Of a stretch of DNA of 30,086 bases, positions 25,262 to 30,086 are shown one piece after another; positions within the stretch are counted from its first letter, which is position 1; each line of letters begins with the position of its first letter. Below the pieces are notes generated by a model. It worked only from the letters and a program-made list of their open reading frames with translations, had not been told where the DNA came from and did not search any database. The DNA comes from a virus (taxonomy: Duplodnaviria; Caudoviricetes): positions 1-30,086 of IMG/VR virus record IMGVR_UViG_3300049725_000013; one strand, written 5' to 3'. Both the position numbers and the translations under genes were made by a program.

Positions 25262-25939
25262 ATGAAGATTGAAGAAGTCATCGGAAGCGAAACGTGGGCG
25301 AAGATTCCCGCCGACATCCAGAAGTCGATCAGCGAAAAGATCGGCACCAGGAGTTTCGTCGAGGACGACGGGAAGATGATCCCCAAGCATCGGCTGGACG
25401 AAGTGATCGGCGAGCGCGAAGGACTTAAGACGCAGTTGGCCGAGCGCGACAATCAGATCAAGGCCATTTCGAAAGACCTTGAGAAGATGAAGCCGCTCGC
25501 CCAGGAAAACGAAACCGTTAAGGCCGAGATCGTCAAAATGCAGGAAACGATCACCAAGACACAAACCGAAGCCTCCGAGAAAATCAAGTCCATGCTGGTC
25601 GATACCAAGATCAGGGAATCGCTCATTTCCAAGGGACTCCCAGCCGATGCCATCGACCTATTGACACCGAAGTTTGACCGCAAGAGAATCGTGGTCAGCG
25701 AGGACAATTCTTCCGTGGCCGGAATCGACGATCAAATCGCGACCCTCGAAAAAACATTTCCAACGGCCTTTTCAGGGAAACCGACGCAGGTTGGAACAGG
25801 ATTCCAACCCGGAAGATCTCCGAATTTGGATGGAGTATTCACCCGCGATGAACTTTCCAAGTTGACGAAGGAACAGCTTCGCGATCCCAAGGTACTCGAA
25901 AAGGCAAACAAATCACTTGCCGCAATCCAGAAAAGCTAA
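25262..25939 (+). CDS. Capsid scaffolding protein (GP20-like)
   Basis: IPK.R.DEV..ER..LK.QL.ERD.QI motif, coiled coil, GIDDQI..L....P..F; lies before the major capsid gene. Confidence 0.85.
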   Translation: MKIEEVIGSETWAKIPADIQKSISEKIGTRSFVEDDGKMIPKHRLDEVIGEREGLKTQLAERDNQIKAISKDLEKMKPLAQENETVKAEIVKMQETITKTQTEASEKIKSMLVDTKIRESLISKGLPADAIDLLTPKFDRKRIVVSEDNSSVAGIDDQIATLEKTFPTAFSGKPTQVGTGFQPGRSPNLDGVFTRDELSKLTKEQLRDPKVLEKANKSLAAIQKS

Positions 25940-25949
25940 GGAGTAAACG

Positions 25950-26819
25950 ATGTCCGCAAACAATTTCATCCCTGAAATATGGTCCGCGAACGTGACTGTG
26001 GCTAAAGAAAACGCCAGTGTCGCCGCCGGTGTCTGCAACCGATCCTATGAGGGAGAAGTCAAGCAGGGCAACACCGTCCGCGTCAACCAGATTGGCGACG
26101 TGACAATCAACCAGTACACCAAGGCCACTCCCGCGTCCCCGGCTACGGTGCAAATGCTTGATGCCGCGCAAACCGTCTTGACCATCGACCAGGCCAATGA
26201 TTTTTATCTCGGCGTGGACGACATTGACGCGATCCAGGCCAATGTACCGTTAATGCAAGGGTACACCCAAAAAGCCGGGTACGGTCTGGCGAACACTCAG
26301 GATTCGACCATCCTCGGCCTCTACGCCCAGGCACTCTACACGAAGTACAAAACCGGAACCGATCCCGTTGACTTGACCTCCTTGAACGTCGAAGATACGT
26401 TTCTCTCCATACTGGAAAAGTTCCTCGGGTTCAGGAACGTCGATCCCAACCGGATTTTCTCGATCATCCCTGCTTGGGTGCATTCGAAACTCGTCTTGGC
26501 GGGAATCGCCAATATGACCGACAACGTCAATCTTTACAAGCAAGGAGGATTTGCGGGGAAGATGCTGGGGTTCAATTTCTACATTTCGAACAACGTTTCC
26601 GCGTCCAGCACGACCACGTGGGCGGACACGCGGATCATCTGCGGGGTTGAGGGTGAATCAATAGCCTTGGCCGACCAGATCAGCAAGATGTATCCCGGCC
26701 ACGTCGAGGGCACGGCCGTCGAGACCATCTTCGGCCTGAACGTATTCGGCGCCAAGATCATGCGGCCCGATCTGACCGTCACCCTTCACGCCGACAAGAC
26801 CGCCGAACCGTCGGTGTAA
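25950..26819 (+). CDS. Major capsid protein (HK97 fold, P22 coat-like)
   Basis: AAGGAG RBS; NNFIPEIWSA, NR.YEGE...G.TV, LTIDQ, VDDID..Q, GF..Y.SNN and GL.VFGAK..RP motifs. Confidence 0.92.
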   Translation: MSANNFIPEIWSANVTVAKENASVAAGVCNRSYEGEVKQGNTVRVNQIGDVTINQYTKATPASPATVQMLDAAQTVLTIDQANDFYLGVDDIDAIQANVPLMQGYTQKAGYGLANTQDSTILGLYAQALYTKYKTGTDPVDLTSLNVEDTFLSILEKFLGFRNVDPNRIFSIIPAWVHSKLVLAGIANMTDNVNLYKQGGFAGKMLGFNFYISNNVSASSTTTWADTRIICGVEGESIALADQISKMYPGHVEGTAVETIFGLNVFGAKIMRPDLTVTLHADKTAEPSV

Positions 26820-26849
26820 CTCGAAATCAGAGAAACGAGGAGAATTTCA

Positions 26850-27194
26850 ATGTCTGAAACCGTCGTTACCGCGACGAAGTTGACCAAAGACACCGGATCG
26901 GTCAGCACCTACGCCGGATTGACCGCGATCAACACGTCGAACACCGGAGCCGTCCTATACCCGAAAGAAGGCCGTCTCCTTTTCTTGCTTCAATCCAGCA
27001 ATGCCGCAACGTCCTTAACCTTTGGTCCAGGAGATTACAACAACGGCAAAGAAGTCACCGTTGCCGCTACGAGCGGAGTAGAAAAAGTCTTTGTTTTGTC
27101 ATCCGACAAGGTTCAGGAATCCGACGGGTACGTTCGGTGGACGTATGCTGCCAGTTCCGCCGGATACATCGGATGCTTCATCATCCCCGAGTAA
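26850..27194 (+). CDS. Putative head decoration/cement protein
   Basis: GAGGAG RBS; 114-aa beta-rich S/T/G/A protein immediately after the major capsid gene. Confidence 0.6.
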   Translation: MSETVVTATKLTKDTGSVSTYAGLTAINTSNTGAVLYPKEGRLLFLLQSSNAATSLTFGPGDYNNGKEVTVAATSGVEKVFVLSSDKVQESDGYVRWTYAASSAGYIGCFIIPE

Positions 27195-27198
27195 GGTC

Positions 27199-27507
27199 AT
27201 GCCTGAACTCGACAAGAACATCAACGATCAACTCGCCTCGGTGAAACAAAAACGGACGAGAACCGGGAAGATTGCACCCCCAAACAATGTCCCCATTGAA
27301 CAAATCAACATCTCAGAGGACATAACCGTCGTGGAGAGGGATTCGTGGGAATTTAAACGGATCGCGGATCTCCGCAAATTGGCCCGATCAAGGGGAGTCA
27401 AGCACTGGAAACATCGAACTCGGTCCGGTTTGATCGTGGCGCTCCGCGAAAAAAACAGGATCGCGGAAGCAACCAAAAAGGCAACCAAGAAGGAAAAAAA
27501 TCCATGA
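27199..27507 (+). CDS. Basic protein with Rho-N/HeH-like domain
   Basis: IADLRKLARSRGVKHWKHRTRSGLIVAL; ATG at 27199. Confidence 0.6.
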   Translation: MPELDKNINDQLASVKQKRTRTGKIAPPNNVPIEQINISEDITVVERDSWEFKRIADLRKLARSRGVKHWKHRTRSGLIVALREKNRIAEATKKATKKEKNP

Positions 27508-28625
27508 AGAAGATCATCGTTTCGCTCTTCGTCGTCCTCGCTTTCGTGGCGTTCGTCGTTCCGGCAAATGCCCAGCTGAATGCGTGGGCGAACTTTTATA
27601 CCCGGTGCATGCTCAATGCCGGATGGACGCAATCCGACATTTACGGGATTCATCTTCCGAAGATAGCCGGAACATGGTATTTCGTCGATCCCGATACAAC
27701 GACATTTTACGGACGGTACACCAACGACGGCAAGACTCTCAAGACCGCATTCTCCGGGATCGATCAAGCATACGACGCTGTAACCGACGGGGCCGGAGAT
27801 GGAATCGTTTTGATTTCCCGCGTAACCGGTTCGACGACCACGAGTTTCATCATGCCTAAAGGATTGGTTTGGGCCAAGTCGAATTGCACAATATTTGGCC
27901 TGGCTTCGAGAGAAGGATACAATGGGCGCGTGAGGATTTCAGTTGGTTCTACCGGGGATTCGTTGGCGGCATTGTTCTACTTCACCGGTCGCGACATCGA
28001 GGTCGATAACGTCTCTTTCGTGAACGTCGTCGATTGCCAAACCTACTCTGGGATGCAGACCACCCAACACGGGGCAATCCAGGTCAGTTCGCCGCACCTT
28101 CATTTCGTGAATTGCTATTTCAACGCCTATGAGGTGAATACGGCTGGGTCAAGCATCAACACCTACGCCGCGTATTTGACACCTGGGGTTATTCGGCATG
28201 CGGGCGCGGATGAATGCACGTACGATCGATGTTTCTTTGGTTCCAGTTCCTATGATCCTGGGAACACGGCCTGCGCTTGGATTTACAACGACGGCGCGGA
28301 CGCGCAGAATTTTTATAACGACTGTGTATTCCTTCAGCAGGTCGGTTCCGGAACAGCATTCGGCGGTTATAAAAACTCCGCGATCACGGTCTTGAACGGC
28401 CTCGACTTCTTCCGTGGATGTACGTTCGGTATTTGGCGGGCGAGCACGCATGCCAATATCGCCGCGACATGGATGATTGGCTCCACGCCGACGACGGGGA
28501 ACATCGTCATGACGGGGTGCACTTTCTTCGGATTCACACATTTACAAGTTCAGGGTGCCGCGACGGTGTGGACGGATAAGCCTGCCGGTGCCGTGGATGG
28601 TGGTGTGACCGTTTCGGCTTATTGA
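27504..28625 (+). CDS. Right-handed beta-helix (pectin-lyase-like) head-module protein with signal peptide
   Basis: MKKIIVSLFVVLAFVAFVVPANA|Q; WYFVD...DGKT..TAF..I..AY.A....GDGIVL cap; repeated F.NC.F, YDRCFF, YNDCVF, FRGCTF strands. Confidence 0.75.
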   Translation: MKKIIVSLFVVLAFVAFVVPANAQLNAWANFYTRCMLNAGWTQSDIYGIHLPKIAGTWYFVDPDTTTFYGRYTNDGKTLKTAFSGIDQAYDAVTDGAGDGIVLISRVTGSTTTSFIMPKGLVWAKSNCTIFGLASREGYNGRVRISVGSTGDSLAALFYFTGRDIEVDNVSFVNVVDCQTYSGMQTTQHGAIQVSSPHLHFVNCYFNAYEVNTAGSSINTYAAYLTPGVIRHAGADECTYDRCFFGSSSYDPGNTACAWIYNDGADAQNFYNDCVFLQQVGSGTAFGGYKNSAITVLNGLDFFRGCTFGIWRASTHANIAATWMIGSTPTTGNIVMTGCTFFGFTHLQVQGAATVWTDKPAGAVDGGVTVSAY

Positions 28626-28636
28626 TGAGGTGGATC

Positions 28637-28768
28637 ATGGCTTGCAAACCCAAGATCAAACCCGGAACGTTTCGAACCAAGTATGTCGGTGGCAAGAAGG
28701 TCGTCACTGGAAAGAGCGCGAAGACAGGAAAAACCATCATCCACCATCGATCAAGAAGGGGGAAATAG
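28637..28768 (+). CDS. 43-aa Lys/Arg-rich micro-protein (not in ORF track)
   Basis: GAGGTG RBS; MACKPKIKPGTFRTKYVGGKKVVTGKSAKTGKTIIHHRSRRGK*. Confidence 0.7.
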   Translation: MACKPKIKPGTFRTKYVGGKKVVTGKSAKTGKTIIHHRSRRGK

Positions 28769-28770
28769 TA

Positions 28771-28866
28771 ATGGCACGCAAGAAAGGATTGCCTCCCGGC
28801 CTGAAGAAGTGGGTTGCCGCTCATCCGAAAGGCAAAAAGGGCAAAGGGAAAAAAGGCGGTAAGTGA
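28771..28866 (+). CDS. 31-aa Lys/Gly-rich micro-protein
   Basis: AAGGGGG upstream; MARKKGLPPGLKKWVAAHPKGKKGKGKKGGK*. Confidence 0.7.
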   Translation: MARKKGLPPGLKKWVAAHPKGKKGKGKKGGK

Positions 28867-29018
28867 TGGCGCGGAAGGCCAAATTAGGGAGCGGGGCGCG
28901 TTTCAAGTCTCTGACGAAGAAAGTCGGAAGCCCCGCCCTCGCCGCCTGGATAGGTCGGAAGAAATACGGTTCCAAGAAATTCGCATCGCTATCGAAAAAA
29001 GGCCGAAAGAAAAAATAA
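28866..29018 (+). CDS. 50-aa Lys-rich micro-protein (not in ORF track)
   Basis: TGATG coupling; MARKAKLGSGARFKSLTKKVGSPALAAWIGRKKYGSKKFASLSKKGRKKK*. Confidence 0.75.
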   Translation: MARKAKLGSGARFKSLTKKVGSPALAAWIGRKKYGSKKFASLSKKGRKKK

Positions 29019-29024
29019 CCTCCT

Positions 29025-29297
29025 ATGGAGTCGCCCGTGGAAATCGGAACCGCTTTGGTCGTTGTCGGAATAAGCATCTCATTCGCGCCCGTGGCAATCG
29101 TGGCGATCAAAACCAAGTGGCCCCAATGGCCGGAGAACAAAGAAAACTCAGAAATGTCTTTGAGGGGCGTATCCATTGATGTATGCAATGCCCGGCATTC
29201 GTCGATGGACGCACAGTTCGCGCGGGTCAATGAAGCGATCACCAGGATAGACGGTAACGTCAAAATCATCCTCGAATCGTTGACCCGGCTGTCTTAA
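29025..29297 (+). CDS. Single-transmembrane plus coiled-coil protein (holin-like)
   Basis: Hydrophobic N-terminus, then V....C..RH and a heptad helix. Confidence 0.6.
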   Translation: MESPVEIGTALVVVGISISFAPVAIVAIKTKWPQWPENKENSEMSLRGVSIDVCNARHSSMDAQFARVNEAITRIDGNVKIILESLTRLS

Positions 29298-29313
29298 ACG
29301 AAAAGAATTTCCA

Positions 29314-29892
29314 ATGTCCTTGATCACGGCGACAGAAGCCAAGACGTTACTGCAAATTTTCGGCACTACATACGATACGTTGATTGCCGCTTTGATCCCC
29401 GTGGTCCGCAGGGAGATCATTGACATCACGAACAATCGTTTCTTGAATCCTTATGTCTGTCTATCTTCCGGTTCGATTTCATTCGCCGCTGCCACGACCG
29501 GCCCTCCCGCCGTAGGGCCGACAATAACCGATTCACAAGGTTCGTTTTTGCTCTACCATTTCAATTCGGGAATGGACATTTGTGTTTCGGGAAGCATTAA
29601 GAACGATGGGTACTACGAAACAACGACCATCGCGGCGGGGACCATCACGCTTGCAACCACGGAAACGTTGACGGATGAAGCATCGGGACTTTCCGCTCCA
29701 TTGATTCAGCAAATGGTATTCCCGACAGATCTAAAAATGATTGCCGCCCGGATGATTGCCTTCCAGATGGACAAATGGCAATTGTCGGGAGAATCCTCTC
29801 GATCCATTTCCGATCTGAGTATTTCCTATGCAGGGGGCGGATATTATCCTGCCGCTCTTTCGAAAGAACTGTATCGGTGGAGAAAACTCTGA
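29314..29892 (+). CDS. Head-tail connector/adaptor (SPP1 gp15-like) with inserted beta domain
   Basis: LIT..EAK..LQI....YD.LI..LI; FP..LK..AA.MI; S.SISD.SISY; YP......L..WR.L. Confidence 0.8.
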   Translation: MSLITATEAKTLLQIFGTTYDTLIAALIPVVRREIIDITNNRFLNPYVCLSSGSISFAAATTGPPAVGPTITDSQGSFLLYHFNSGMDICVSGSIKNDGYYETTTIAAGTITLATTETLTDEASGLSAPLIQQMVFPTDLKMIAARMIAFQMDKWQLSGESSRSISDLSISYAGGGYYPAALSKELYRWRKL

Positions 29893-30086
29893 TGTTGGAT
29901 GCGATGTTCGACAAGACGCTTGAACTCCGTCATCCTATTTCGAGTCTTTCAGATGCCGAACCCGTCCAGTCGTTTCCGGCAACCGCAGACGCAACATTCC
30001 TTGGACACGTCAGGACACTGCGTGCAACGGAAATAGCATCGAATCAACAACGGTCTTCGGATGCCACGATTCGAATATACTCGCCC
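29892..30086 (+). CDS. Putative head closure protein (partial, runs off the window)
   Basis: TGATG coupling; open frame MLDAMFDKTLELRHP...TIRIYSP; position after the connector gene. Confidence 0.6.
   Translation, partial: MLDAMFDKTLELRHPISSLSDAEPVQSFPATADATFLGHVRTLRATEIASNQQRSSDATIRIYSP

Noticed and set aside
1-30086. Stop-codon reassignment as the cause of the short ORFs
   Set aside because: Long core genes are intact in the standard code, TAA, TAG and TGA all end well-coupled genes, and the stubs lose homology before their stops.

Overview
This window is a single-orientation (all + strand) segment of a tailed dsDNA phage genome (Caudoviricetes, SPP1-like head module). Gene order is: distal tail and tail-fibre genes (1-5519), lysis cassette (5516-6709), a strong sigma70-type early promoter with small acidic and HTH genes (6860-9600), recombination (9592-11757), replication (13410-14854), nucleases and accessory genes, a DNA methyltransferase and a ParB/glycosyltransferase chimera (18691-20547), then terminase, portal, minor head protein, scaffold, major capsid, head accessory proteins and the head-tail connector (20544-30086). 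No integrase or divergent repressor module is visible. The most unusual signal is a set of four phage proteins with N-terminal Sec-type signal peptides, including an otherwise typical tail fibre and a head-module beta-helix protein. Three of these are predicted to expose Gln after cleavage, and two are strongly enriched in D-(S/T)-x motifs, the FCB/Bacteroidota O-glycosylation sequon. This suggests virion fibres that are exported and glycosylated by the host (a hypothesis). Other notable items are three unannotated protamine-like micro-proteins in the head operon, an acr/aca-like early cassette, several structured non-coding elements, duplicated leaderless promoters and many truncated gene stubs. 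All family assignments come from motif recognition by eye, not from database searches.
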